Of a stretch of DNA of 61,400 nucleotides, positions 1 to 11,776 are shown piece after piece. The translations under genes and the position numbers were made by a program. The stretch is from Xylographa opegraphella (lineage: Eukaryota): contig JALDZX010000044.1 in the NCBI GenBank assembly GCA_022813865.1, positions 124,001 to 185,400 on the forward strand, given 5' to 3'. Positions within the stretch are counted from its first letter, which is position 1. Every line of letters starts with the position of its first letter. Under the pieces are notes generated by a model. That model was not told the DNA's origin and ran no database searches. It saw nothing but the letters and a program-made list of their open reading frames with translations.

Positions 1-440
1 GTTATGAAGAGCGCCGTGCTGTGCCCGAGGTGCAGAAATAAGCCAGCAGTAAGTTAGCTTTGACCACACTTTAAGACTTCGTGTACACCGAGTCTCATGG
101 TATGCATGGTGTGAAACAGACACAGACTTAGCCCGGATGATCGAGAAGAAGCTCGAAGCGCGAGCTTATTTCTGCATTGATTGCCGTCATAGCGTTCTAC
201 CGCGAGACTTTCTTATCCAGAGTCACTGAATTGATCATTTTCATTTCGCTGGCGGCTACTTTATCATTCCAGCAGTGATTGGCCAATCTGCCACCCCATT
301 CTTGTACCTTATCACCACGGTCACACAGTATCACATAGATTATCACCCTTAGAGTACTTGACCTCCATCTCGATCTCACACCATCGCGGCCCATCACAAT
401 GCCTCGAGCACAACGATCAAGCGCTATCACATCCATAATT

Positions 441-482
441 CTCCATCCTCCATCCTCCATCCTCCATCCTTCCATCCTCCTC
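441..482. repeat. Short tandem repeat of CTCCATC (about 5-6 units, degenerate at the end)
   Basis: Directly visible: ctccatc ctccatc ctccatc ctccatc cttccatc ctcc. Confidence 0.85.
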
Positions 483-1098
483 CTTCAAAGCTAGTGATAT
501 CCTACCCTACCACCACTCTCCCTATCCCTATCACTAGCCCTATCACTATTCCCATCACACCCACCTGACCCCGCCGCAAGTAATCCCCCTCTCCTAAGCC
601 ACGGCGCCTGTTTCAAGGCCGTCAAGAAAGGGTGTGCTGATGCTGTTTCACCATTGCCAGCCCCCACCTCCAGCATCACGATCCTCCGCCCCCACCCTGC
701 ATCCTTCTAGCGTCCCGCCTCGCTGACGGTGGGGGGGCACGTTGCTCACCGCTTAGTGCGCGAATACGCACATGGCGCTGCACGACATTCTGGAGGATTG
801 GGAGTGTGCGCTAGTTGGGGGTGGGTGGGAGGCGGGCGCTTAGGTGGTGATGGGGAGGATCAGAGCAGTTCAGCAGGCACGCGTGACCTTCATCCTACCT
901 TACCTTACGCAAAGGGCTGCAGAAGGCACGAAGTGTGGCCGGGCACACTTATCGTGCTGCTAATCCGCATTAAGGGAGTGGCAACCTTGCGCAGGCGGAC
1001 GACTTGTCCAGACGGGAGGAGGGGGGCGTGCGGAGGGGGCAGCGTATCAACATCCAACGTAACCTGACGTCGCAGACACACATCTCGTCGCCTCCAGC

Positions 1099-2202
1099 AT
1101 GTCCACCGTGTCCGCCCAGAGCGCCTTCTGGGCCGTCGTTGCCCTGGCGCTGAACACCGCCTGCCAGCCAGCCGGCAGCGTTCTCTCGAGCCCAGCAGCG
1201 CACAGCGGGGCGCTCCGCACCTCGCCAATCATCTGTGTGGCCGACGCGCTCGTTACGCTCTCGACATTCGTTGCGCTACTGGTGCAGCGGCATGGAGTCC
1301 GTCAGAGCGCTCGGGCGGTACTCCACTGGCGCTTCCACGAGAACGGAGCTGAGCCGGAGGAGGCAGCGAAGATCGAACAGGGCTGGTTCCGCGCGTTGGT
1401 TTTCGTCCTCGGGGCGCTGCCGCAGATGGTCAAGGTCGTGGGGCTTCAAGGCGTGCCGTGGACGCAGGCGCTCTGTTCCGCTTATCTGGCGTCCTTTGCC
1501 GTTGTCGAGCTCTTGGTTTATCTGGCTGGGGAGGACCGAGATGATGTCGACCGTGCTATTGTCCAGCCAGGGTTTGTTGTGACGCTGGGCAGGATCTTCA
1601 GAGGGTTGGGAGGTGTCGTCCAGACCGCCTTGTGGATTTATTGCATGGCCGAGGTGCTGAATGGCCTCATCCCGCCTTCCTCTGGTGACGGTGATCTCGA
1701 ACATGAGGATGACCTGGTGGTGATCGCCATTGTGCCGTTCGTGACGGTGAGCTACATTGTGCTTTTGGTTTCCATCTGGAGCGTATTACTATGTGTATGG
1801 TTCCTATTCGCATCTCTAGTCCAGCCCGCGCTCGCAATGACACCGAGCTTACCCTTGATCGTTGTTACTTGCCTCGTCATAGCTGCAGGGAATACTGCGA
1901 TGGTGTTCGTAGACACGGCAACCAAAGACATGCACCATTTCGTGCTTCCTGGATGTGTGATCTGGGCCACCCTCCTCCTCGCCGTCCCCGGCATGCTGGC
2001 CACCTCGATCTTGCACACCGCCGCCGGTCGAACGCAGCCCATCAAGAATTCTCGTCTCTTTCTCACGCAGTGGAACTGGCCTGCGCATTACGAACCGTTG
2101 TTCTTTTTCCTGATGAACGCCGCTGCGCTGCTGCTGTCCTATCTCCGGCTTTACGACCCGCAAGGCACCGTCAAACCGGCCTGGACCGAGTGGCTTGGAT
2201 AG
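1099..2202 (+). CDS. Uncharacterised polytopic membrane protein (367 aa, apparently intronless)
   Basis: Long GC-rich ORF with many hydrophobic segments. Contains 'FVLGALPQ.VK..G..GVPWTQ' and ends 'YDPQGTVKPAWTEWLG', which resemble a fungal hypothetical membrane family as I recall it (not searched). Confidence 0.8.
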   Translation: MSTVSAQSAFWAVVALALNTACQPAGSVLSSPAAHSGALRTSPIICVADALVTLSTFVALLVQRHGVRQSARAVLHWRFHENGAEPEEAAKIEQGWFRALVFVLGALPQMVKVVGLQGVPWTQALCSAYLASFAVVELLVYLAGEDRDDVDRAIVQPGFVVTLGRIFRGLGGVVQTALWIYCMAEVLNGLIPPSSGDGDLEHEDDLVVIAIVPFVTVSYIVLLVSIWSVLLCVWFLFASLVQPALAMTPSLPLIVVTCLVIAAGNTAMVFVDTATKDMHHFVLPGCVIWATLLLAVPGMLATSILHTAAGRTQPIKNSRLFLTQWNWPAHYEPLFFFLMNAAALLLSYLRLYDPQGTVKPAWTEWLG

Positions 2203-3767
2203 GATGCTTGTGTGCCTGGTCTTGCATCGGATGTGGGAGTATGGCTGTGGATACTGAGTGTGCACTATGCTGAGCGACATCAAGGACAGGCCATCAGAAC
2301 ATATTAGCAACGCCCTTCATCCGCAGAAGCATGACCAAGAAGACTCGAGAAGCGAAGAACCGAAGCCGGAAGCCTCTGCATATATTCGTCTCTAACAACG
2401 TATTTACCCACAACCGACACTCGGCCCAGTACACAATCATCACCACTCCATCGTACAATACCTCCCACTCAGCACAAACCCCCTCCCTCCCTTTATCATA
2501 AATCCCCGCTCCCTTCTCCCCAAACCACTCTTTGTATCCTCCAAACATACCTCCCTCATGCCTGATGCCTCCAGCACGTATATTACATCAACCCCACCAC
2601 CACGCTTTACCACCACGCTCAACCCCCGCCGTCGCAGCAGCCGGGTATCAAACTACGGCCACTCTGTGGTCAATCTGATAGGGCTGAGCAAGCGCCAAGG
2701 CGTCCACTTCCACTTCCAACAGCGCTACGAGCCGCCCGCCTCCCATCCCCACTCCCACGGCCACGGCGTTGCGGGAAAGCGTCAGGGAGGCGCGCCTGAG
2801 GGGATAGATATTAGGGCGCTGGAAGGAGGGGCATTGGAGGGAGGGAGGGGAAGGAGGAGGGGACTGAGTGGTGTGATTAAAGGGAGGAAAGTGCGAAAAA
2901 GGCCCAGGGGAGGTGGGAGGCTGGAGAAGAGGTGAGGTATGGAGTGATTGGGCAGAAGGGGAGGGGGGGGTGTGTTTATGGTATCCAGAGCAAAGCAGTA
3001 TCCTAGGAGCAGCAATTCAAAAGCCACCAACCACGAGAACAAATCACCCTTACTCAAGCATCCCCATCACGCATGACATTCATCTTGTACACAGAAACCA
3101 CACATCGAATGCACTTCCCTCGTCTAGATTACAAAATACACATCGTACACCAACGAGGGTATAATAAAGTGTAAAAAAGCCAGCACGCTCTCAGCCCGCA
3201 AGAGCCGCAACCAGCTCACCGCTCCGCTCAGGAAAAAGGGAAAGAGAGATTAAAGTAAAAGCGCCACAGCCCGCATGCCAAAAGCACTTTTTGATCCTCC
3301 TCTCGCTCCTCCCACCCAGCCCATGCTATGTGTTCCGCAGCCATAGCGCCAGCCCAGCGAAGGGGGCGAAGGGAAAAGATGAAAGAAAAAACAAATCTAT
3401 GCGTCCAGGCGCCGCGGGCATGCCGATGAGTCAGAAAGCCCGATGCGTAAATGCTGAGGTGTCGCCCGCCCGCCCGTGGAGAATAAGGAAAAGTACGAGC
3501 CAAGGGGTCGTGGGCCCGTGGAAAGAAGTGCGCCCCAGGCTAGCTCGCTTGCAAAAGGTGGTATCTTCGAAGCAGAAAGAAACAGGAAGAGCAGAAAGCC
3601 AAAAAGTGAAGCGCACGCGTAACCAGGTCCTGTTGTCCGGTGCGATGACCAAGGAGTCATCGCGAGAAATCCTCCCCTCCCCCGTCACATGCAATTTGCC
3701 ACCCGTTGCGTAAATCAGTCAATGCCATACAATGTGTCCAACCACCGAGCTGAGGTCCGAGCCACCT

Positions 3768-5015
3768 CTAGGCAGCACCCGGCCTCCTCAAGATATCTTC
3801 GCAGTTAGCGTCGAAACGCATGTTCCACATCCGAACGCCCTGCATCAGCTTCTCCGTCCTCTCCAGCTCCCGATCTCGGCCGAAAATGCTCTTGACAAAC
3901 TCGATGCCGCTCTTCTCCCCCATCTTAATGGTTCCACGAGCCCCTTCCCGGTTCGCGACCTTCCACATGAATTCCTCGCACAGTTTGAGGATTTGCTTCA
4001 GTTTCCCCCAGATGCGCTCCCCGCTGATGTGAAAGTCACGCACCATTTCCCTGTTGTCGCGCGTCCGGATCCGAGGGAGACATTCCTCGGCGCGCTTCAT
4101 TTTGCCGGCGAATTTGATCAAGAGGAGCCAGAGTTCGCCGGCAACCTCGGTTAACGGCGAACCGGCTCGGTGGTGGTAGACGGTCCAGTCGTAGATCCAC
4201 TTGCCAAGTGAATTGGCGTCAAAGACGCTACCGAGGAGGAGGATAGGCTCTTCGGTTGGGTCCCAGTTTTTGAGCGAGTAGCCTGCGGGAATGTTGTGGC
4301 GTGCTGCATCTTCGGCTGTTGCCTCGGGTGCTTTAGCAGGTTTGGCTGGCTTGGTAGGTGTAGTTTTAGGTTTGGTTGTGGTCGAAGATCGCCGAGCGCG
4401 TGATCGAAGTGGCGGTGTCTCTTCGGCTTGCTCGTACGAAGGGATCTGCTCATTGAAAAAAAAGTAATTGTCAGCTTTCCGAGACGGTCTAGTCTGATAG
4501 TGGCTGGTGGCCCGTGGTTGGATGTACGTATATATGGGCTCGGGATCATATGCTTCGTCGGCGACATCTACGAAGATGTGCCGTGTCTGCGATCGCACGG
4601 ACGCGCGGCGTTTGGAGTTGCCATTGCCATTGCCATTGTTGTCGCCACCGCCACCTCCATGACCGGACGTTGAGAAGCGCTTTGCCCTCGTTTTGGTATG
4701 GACAAAATCACTACTCACATGGTCGTACTTTGCGATAGGAGGCGAAGTGTAGTTGGGCATGGCAGCATAGTAGCCAGGCGATGGATATCCAGCGGGCGAG
4801 TGCCATCCTGCTACTCGTGGTGTGGTGTAGCTTGTTGTGCGGACGTGTTGTCGCTTTGACTTGTCGCGCGATGAGGGTGAGGTGACTGGGGTGCGGTATT
4901 GTGGCACATAGTAATTGTAGGCGTCGTCCGGAGACGGGGTGGTGGAGGTCGAGGTCGGGTAGTCCTCGCTGTATCGAACGTACCCTTCCGGCGGAAAGGA
5001 ATAGTGGTAGGCCAT
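3768..5015 (-). CDS. Conserved fungal hypothetical protein (homologues often auto-annotated 'vegetative cell wall protein gp1'); low-complexity N-terminus and helical conserved C-terminal domain
   Basis: First ATG at 5015 (MAYHYSF). Conserved block 'IPAGYSLKNWDPTEEPILLLGSVFDANSLGKWIYDWT...WNMRFDANCEDIL'. Single exon. Confidence 0.85.
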   Translation of the reverse strand: MAYHYSFPPEGYVRYSEDYPTSTSTTPSPDDAYNYYVPQYRTPVTSPSSRDKSKRQHVRTTSYTTPRVAGWHSPAGYPSPGYYAAMPNYTSPPIAKYDHVSSDFVHTKTRAKRFSTSGHGGGGGDNNGNGNGNSKRRASVRSQTRHIFVDVADEAYDPEPIYTYIQPRATSHYQTRPSRKADNYFFFNEQIPSYEQAEETPPLRSRARRSSTTTKPKTTPTKPAKPAKAPEATAEDAARHNIPAGYSLKNWDPTEEPILLLGSVFDANSLGKWIYDWTVYHHRAGSPLTEVAGELWLLLIKFAGKMKRAEECLPRIRTRDNREMVRDFHISGERIWGKLKQILKLCEEFMWKVANREGARGTIKMGEKSGIEFVKSIFGRDRELERTEKLMQGVRMWNMRFDANCEDILRRPGAA

Positions 5016-5512
5016 GTCAAGGAGGTTGTCGCATCGAGTAGCGGAGGTCAAGGTATGTCAGGAATTCTTTCCACGTATCGTTCTGTTGAAGGTGGATCTC
5101 GACAATACGCCGGTGTGCGTTGTCGTGGACTGTCGCTGTGCTGAGAGAAAAGGTAAGGAGAGGGAAACACTTTGCTCTGTTCACACATAGGGTCGGTCGA
5201 GAAGAGACTTGGAGTGCGAGTGTTGAAATGATGGATCTGAGGATCTGAAGGTAGATCCCAAGATGCGAGCAGATGGAATTGATGGCTTTGTAATGGAGAG
5301 CGCGACGCGCCTAGAAGGTTCAGTGTGAATAGTGGTAATAATTCCGGTGATATCTGAACGGCAGCAGGCGGAGAGGAAGGGGGAGAGCGAAGTACTTTAC
5401 ATGAGCCCAAGTTCAGCACTTGGCAGTCTCGGTGTGTGGGCCTGCACGCCGCAGCAGGGGTGATCCCTGCCGTATTTTTCCTAATCTTACCAATTACTTT
5501 CCGGGCAGCGGC

Positions 5513-5544
5513 GTAATCGTTGTAATCGTCGTAATCGTCGTAAT
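5513..5544. repeat. 9-bp tandem repeat GTAATCGTY, about 3.5 copies
   Basis: gtaatcgtt gtaatcgtc gtaatcgtc gtaat, upstream of the 5015 gene. Confidence 0.8.
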
Positions 5545-7912
5545 GGTGCGCGACTCCATGTCAGCGACGAGCAACGATTGGTAAAGCGACAGATGGACAG
5601 AAGAGTGCGGAGTGGCATGGAAGTGATTACCTCCTGGAGAAGTCGCCTTCCCACGTTGCACGTCTTACGCATACAATGACTCCTCGCTTCTGCTCGTGAG
5701 TCTTTCAGCGTGAAGCCGTTTGCCACTCGCTGCCGGAAGACGTCAACGGAAATTTAGGGAGAAATGAGTCGCGGCAAACCCGACCGCACATTTGTCTGGC
5801 CTGTCAAGGCACCACCTTTGGACTGTGGTTCTCTGCCTCAAACCAGCGCCCTACCTCGCCCACAGCTGATCCGTCGCCGTGGATGGGGTGTTCGTGCAAC
5901 AACCCGCAGGGCTTAGAAGGCAATATCTCTGGGAATGCACACGAATGAAGCAAAATTCTGATATGCAAACGGCGCTTGATTACTCAGACTTTGCTACCTT
6001 CTATGTGACTCGGCCCTCTTCATGAAGGCTCTGCTGCCTTCCAGCAGCACGGTGCACTTCACTTTGCGTCTTCCATTCCAACTTATCCACCGACCCCATC
6101 CTCGGGTGGGCCTTCCATTGACTCCGAAGTGAGCGATCACATGGGTGGCTGGTCGTGACGTCCGGAATCGTCGTGTCTGTCAAGGGTGCCCGCTTTGCAT
6201 CCAATATTTCCTCCCTTGTGCTCCCTCAGTTCACGGAACCTTATCACCTCTGTCGCAAACCGCCGACCGACCCATCATGGCCAGGCATCAGGAGGTGGGT
6301 ACGGGTGGTAGGGTCTCCTATAATTAGTTGATATGGAGAGGCTGGGGGGAAGCAATGGAGCCATACTCCCCTCTGTAGGATATCCCACTCCAGTGCTTAT
6401 GCGCAAAGCATAGCCCATCGCATAAGAGCCCAGGAGGATCTGTGCAGGAGTATGAATGCACACTCGCTCTCTGACACCGCTACACGCCGTTTCATCAGCC
6501 CTTGTCCTCGCCCTCGCGCCCGAAGATGTCCAGCTGTCGTCTTTTCTTTTGTCATCGCGATTGTGCCACCTCCTGGGGCGGCCGTTGTTGCAGCGGCCGT
6601 GTGCTGAGGGTTCGTCGGGGCGGCGGTAAGAAAATGCAGCCCGTACTTTACAGATGGCGCGACGGACCTCGGCCCCCGTCCCTCGTGAAGGATTCCTCCC
6701 CAAACCTAATTCAAGCCCCCTAACTAGGCTCCCCCCCGCCTCGCTCTGTCCCAAAAGGGAGCGCCCGGCCGACTGCAGCATCTCGCCCTGACATGAACTT
6801 GGTTCTTCCCTGCCACCCGTCCTGGCCGTTTGCGATGTGTTTCACCGAGACACCAACATTAAATATCAACATCGATGTCGATATACACTAGGTACGGAGG
6901 TACTTTCCCTGCGTCCAGACCGTGGTAACACAATACGAGCGGGTCAGTCACCATTCATACAGGCTCCGTCCAATTCTTACCGTCGCCATATCCACGTCGT
7001 GCCATGACCCTTTGCACCATCAGGCAGTCTAGCCCGCTCCAAGCTTCACCGCTGGCCTCACTTGTTTCGAAGGGTAGCTCTGCTGTCCACCCTGATTCGC
7101 CGCGACTCCCCAGTGCATGCACGCGGCATCACAGAACGCCAGCTCACGTTGCACACATCACCAAGGGAAGCACATGCGCAGGAGCGATCCCGCTGCACGC
7201 TCAGAGCGATGGACGTAATGAGGGCAACCTGGGCGAAAGAATCCTCCGCGATTGGAGGGCCTAAGCTGTAGCGGGCGCAGACGGCTGGATCCAGCCGGCC
7301 GCTATCCTGGTAGATGTCGGTCCACTCTTTCCCGCTGGTGAAGCGAATCATCATTGCGCATGGTCCTAGCGCTCCGGCCGACAAATGAGGACAGGAGGAA
7401 TCTTCGGTAGTGGGTGGCTGGTGTTCCATGCTGTCGCTGCAGGGAGGGATGCGACCACTTTCGTGACCTCGGGCAAACGTTCTAGCCCAATCCTTCCATG
7501 CCTACCAATGCACCAATGGCTGGCTTTGGATGGATCGGTTGGGCCTCCGTGCTTTGCCTTAGTATCTCTGGATTTCGCCCGTGTACTTTGTATCTTCCTT
7601 CGTCAACAAATCAAGGGAGTCGCATCGCCAGCGTTGCTGCCTTGGATTGTTCGTCCCAGAATGCGAAATCCCCGTTCATGTGAGCGCCTTGTGTTTGGTA
7701 CGCCGTAACTTACTGCAATGCAGATATGCTGCCTCTGGTACGCAGCCGATGAAAAGAACAGGCGAACTGAAACACTGCAATATATGAGGGCGCATGAGAG
7801 ACATACCGAGGGACACTGCATGACGTCGGCATTCCACAGTATCGGGAAAGCAGGTGCGTCTACTTCAGACATGGGCCGTGTTCCTGCGGGATTCCGAATC
7901 TCGTAAAAGCGA

Positions 7913-8305
7913 ATGCGTGGTGGAATTTCGAACCGCTTTTATCTGCGGACGCTTCCTCGGCCACCAATCATCCGCTCTCCAGAGATGGAGTTGCGAAAGT
8001 CTGAATGGTCTGTAGCCCACAGAACACCGGGGTCGCGCGTGCATTTGCGGCTGCCTTCCGACCGTCATGCATCGTCTCGCTCTCGCATCTCCTTTGAGCG
8101 GCTTCTGGAGCTCTCGGCAAAGCTGGAGAGCTTGGACGATGTTGATGTCTCAACGCGATGGACGCGTACCTATGTCTTGCATCGTGCGGGGGAGGATCTT
8201 CCGCCGCGGTACGAACGCCGCGGGCGCCCTTGGTATGACGGTTTTCGCAGAGGCTTTTCGGCCTGGGCATGTGAGCCGATGGGTTGCTTTGAGCTCAAGC
8301 AATAG
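7913..8305 (+). CDS. Possible small orphan protein (130 aa)
   Basis: ATG-initiated ORF with a protein-like central part (ISFERLLELSAKLESLDD...LPPRY). No recognisable family, and several overlapping ORFs of similar size exist. Confidence 0.2.
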   Translation: MRGGISNRFYLRTLPRPPIIRSPEMELRKSEWSVAHRTPGSRVHLRLPSDRHASSRSRISFERLLELSAKLESLDDVDVSTRWTRTYVLHRAGEDLPPRYERRGRPWYDGFRRGFSAWACEPMGCFELKQ

Positions 8306-8832
8306 GTCAACTTCAAGCATAGGCAAGCTCCAAGCTCCAAGCACAGGCAAGCGCCGACGCCGTATGAGTCCCTTGGGGACGAGGCGGTCAAGAGCTCCTG
8401 GGAGGAGTTTCGGTGTCTCGAAGGTCACACCGAACTCCAAGCCAATGGAGACAAGCGATACGAAGGAAATTGTAGGATTTGGAGATCGGATGGAAAGTCG
8501 CACGTCTATTACACCAATGGACCGAGAAAGTTATTTCGCTTAGCCAAACGTCACGTTATCTGCTTTGCCCTAACGTCGCTAAGGAGCGAGTTGGATTTTG
8601 TAGTTGTTCTTAATTTTGGTAGTTTTGTGTGAGAGTATGCACGATTATTTGGTATACACGTCTATATACATCTCTACCTGCACCAGTACGAGTTTAATGA
8701 GAATCTAGAGCTGTGGCTTCAAACTTCAACTACATTGATAAATTATGGTTGCATTAAGATCTCCCGTTGCACACCTCTGAGCATGCCGCTCTTGATGAGA
8801 ACGTAACGGCGTCAGCTCGCCCCATGGCCTTG

Positions 8833-10275
8833 CTAGTTCCCATACGAACTATAGATCGATTTGCCAGCAAAGCCAAGAGTGGGTGAACCTCCCGGAGGAT
8901 ACTTGAACACCGTGAACGTGGTTTTGAGGAAGGTGTCGCCATAGACGGCTTGCGGTTGACCGGGACCCACGGGGACAGGGTTCAAGGCGGTTTGGCATGC
9001 TGATGAAACATTCGTCAGTACACTATAATTCCCAAACCATCAAGCCTTCGACAGGAGTTGAGCTTACTTGTGCTGTTGATGTTGGCACCGGTGAGCAGAA
9101 AACCTGGTATCTTGGCCTGGTAGCTTCCGATGGCCAAGGTCAGGTCTGGCAAGGTGTCTTTGCAAGGGGCAATATAGCCGTAGTCGGGGTCAAACACCGC
9201 AGAAGGAGCTTGGGCGTAGTACGCATCGCAGTATTGCTGCGGCAGGAGCAAGAACGTGCTTCCGCTGTCGATGATAGCGTGCAAGCCGCCCGCGAACGAG
9301 GTGATCGTCTTTGCGTTTCCCACCGAGTATCCGGTAGAGTTGACGACCCACCATCCGTGGCCAGCTGGTGGTGGCAGGGATGGGAAGTATTGCACACGTT
9401 CGTTGGACTTCTTAGGGTCCACGAAACCGAAATCATTCACGCCTGGATTCAGGTAATTGAGAGAAAGTGTGAAAAGAGGTTCCGTCAAGAACGGAGCCAC
9501 GTTGGTGAAAAATGTTTTCTGTGGCACCGGCTGAACTGTGACAGGTTAGCGGCCAACCGGACATTCGAAGGGGTTACGTGACTCACCCTGGTTACCACCG
9601 TCGTGACCTAGGCCGAAATATCCGTCGAAATTGAGGTCTACAAGATACTCGGGACTAATGTATTCCATTGCTTCAACAGCTTGCTTTCGAAATGTGGCGC
9701 CGGCATACGTGACTACGTCAGTGTAAACGTCGCCGTTGGATTTACTGCCGTCACCATAGGTAATATTGTAGGTATATCCATTGAGCTTCTTCGATGTAGT
9801 CGACTTGGGGGCATTGTAATATGTGTGGTTGTTACGGCCATCGTCAAGAGGAGTGTCGGACGAATAGACCCAACTAATAGAACGATTCAGCATCTCTGCC
9901 CTGCGAGTCTGTACCTCTTCGCATCTTGCAAGCTGGAAGGAGGACTTACAGATCTGCAGAGCCAGTATCCAAGTCAACGAGGAGTTTCTGAGGCGGTGTC
10001 CCAATATAAATGGCCGAAAGATACTCGTCGTCGATATAGCCATCTCCATATGAGTATGGCTGGTTGATGACACTTCCTTGCTGACCTCTGCGCTCAAGAT
10101 ACTTGGGCAGCGCAAATCCGAACTTCAAGTACGCGCGTTTGAGAGCGTCTGGGCCATTTCGAGGATAACGAGCTGGCACACGTTCTTGAACGATGCTAAA
10201 GTGAGATGAACCTGGAGCAGCCAAAGCCGGGGAAAGGCACTGCAGCACAAAGAGAACAGAGCTGACAGTCCTCAT
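8833..10275 (-). CDS. Secreted aspartic protease, pepsin/aspergillopepsin family A1 (4 exons: 10275-9950, 9873-9587, 9535-9068, 8999-8833)
   Basis: Signal peptide MRTVSSVLFVLQCLSPALA and propeptide ending 'LERR'. Catalytic motifs DLDTGSADLW and IIDSGST, flap YGDGS, C-terminal YGDTFLK...LGFA. All three introns are GT-AG and phase-consistent. Confidence 0.95.
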
Positions 10276-11776
10276 TTTGGAAAATTCTGCTACTCTGACA
10301 ACGAGATAGTCGGAAAACTAGATGCCAGCACGGGCACTCCAAGATATTTACGTAGAAACGAGATGAACAGTCCACAAGGACTGATGTACTGATCGCCACC
10401 TGGAGATGGCATTCTGGGAAACAGCACTGTTTATATTCGGGTGCCATTTCTGCCATTGTATGTAAGATTGACCATCTTGTTCGTAGCAAGATTGAAGGTC
10501 GGATAGATGCAATTCCCGCATCGAGCCTCCATCTCAAGTGCTGACCTCTGCAGACCGCCCGTTCCTCGGCTTCAACGCGCGGAACATTGACGATCAGCTG
10601 TTGGATCTAACCAGAACCCGTCTTAGGCCGTCCGGTTCACCCAGGGGCAAGAGCTCGTTCTCCTCGCCTTAGCACGATATTCAATCTTGGTTCCAGCGTG
10701 CCGAGACTACTGGGTGGCTCTAAGTGAGTGCCCCCGCTGGCTCCGGAGCTCGAAGGATGCTGGCGGTGAGTATGTCGAGGAGAATCTTACGCCATGTGAA
10801 GTGAGATTGCCATTTCCACATTCGGCAATCCTTGCGTATACAGGGTGAGATTTTTGAGCATATGAGCGACTTCGATCACCGAGTGGGAAGCGCTGATACG
10901 GTGGGAGCACTCTGTGTTGATGAGGTCAATAGCAAAGCTGTAGTCTAGTCTGACGATGAATGAACAACTACGGTTGACCGCGGAGTCTGAAATAGCATTG
11001 TATTCCACAATAAAGCCTTGGCAGCACAAAGTAGATCCGTGTAACGCGTTTCTTCCCACCGCTCGGTATTGTCCACCCACCTCCAGAGGGTTCAGGTGTC
11101 CGGTTCGAGCCCCGCGGGAGTCGATCCAACTCGCATGGGCAGCCTGCGATCGCTTGGCGGCTTTAAGCACTGGAGGTGATTCTTGAGGGAAGTCATTCTG
11201 CAGAGGCATCTCCACCGTAGGGCGGCGATTATCGGATCACATCTGCTCTCTATATGGATCGTGCCGAATGGGCTGGAAGGTCGACTTTTTTTGGCTTATT
11301 TTTGGCCTTTTATTGGCCTTCTGTGCAGATGGCTTCTAAGAGGCAATTCCCACCTATTTTTCGGTCTGTGTTACGAGCGTGAAGCGAGCCCCATTGAACC
11401 TTATCTTATCCTTTTGGCCATTATTGATAGACTCCATTGACTGGCCGCGTTAAGTATTCCTCATTGACATCCCCGTACTATGGAAACGACAGTAAAATAT
11501 ATGAGGTCTGGCACCCAGGCACCCCGGCACCCCCATTCGACCGGGACAGGGCAAGGCTGCACGAGTGCGGACATGCTCAGCTCAGGCACAGCCTCCCCCG
11601 TTGAGTTTACAAAGGCCAGCGTTCGTTGAAAGTCGCACCTCAAACCTTCCTTGGGAAAACATTCGCCATCTACCGCGTTTTTCATGGTCCTCCAGCCTCT
11701 CCGATCTCTCGTCATTCTTCCTGTACGTAGAGGCAACGAAGTTTGCAAGCCAAGGTAAGCCGGCAAAGCTCCGACG

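Noticed and set aside
11095..11125. GGTTCGAGCCC B-box/T-loop-like motif suggesting a tRNA
   Set aside because: Flanks do not form a T-stem or cloverleaf, and no A-box or acceptor stem is present.
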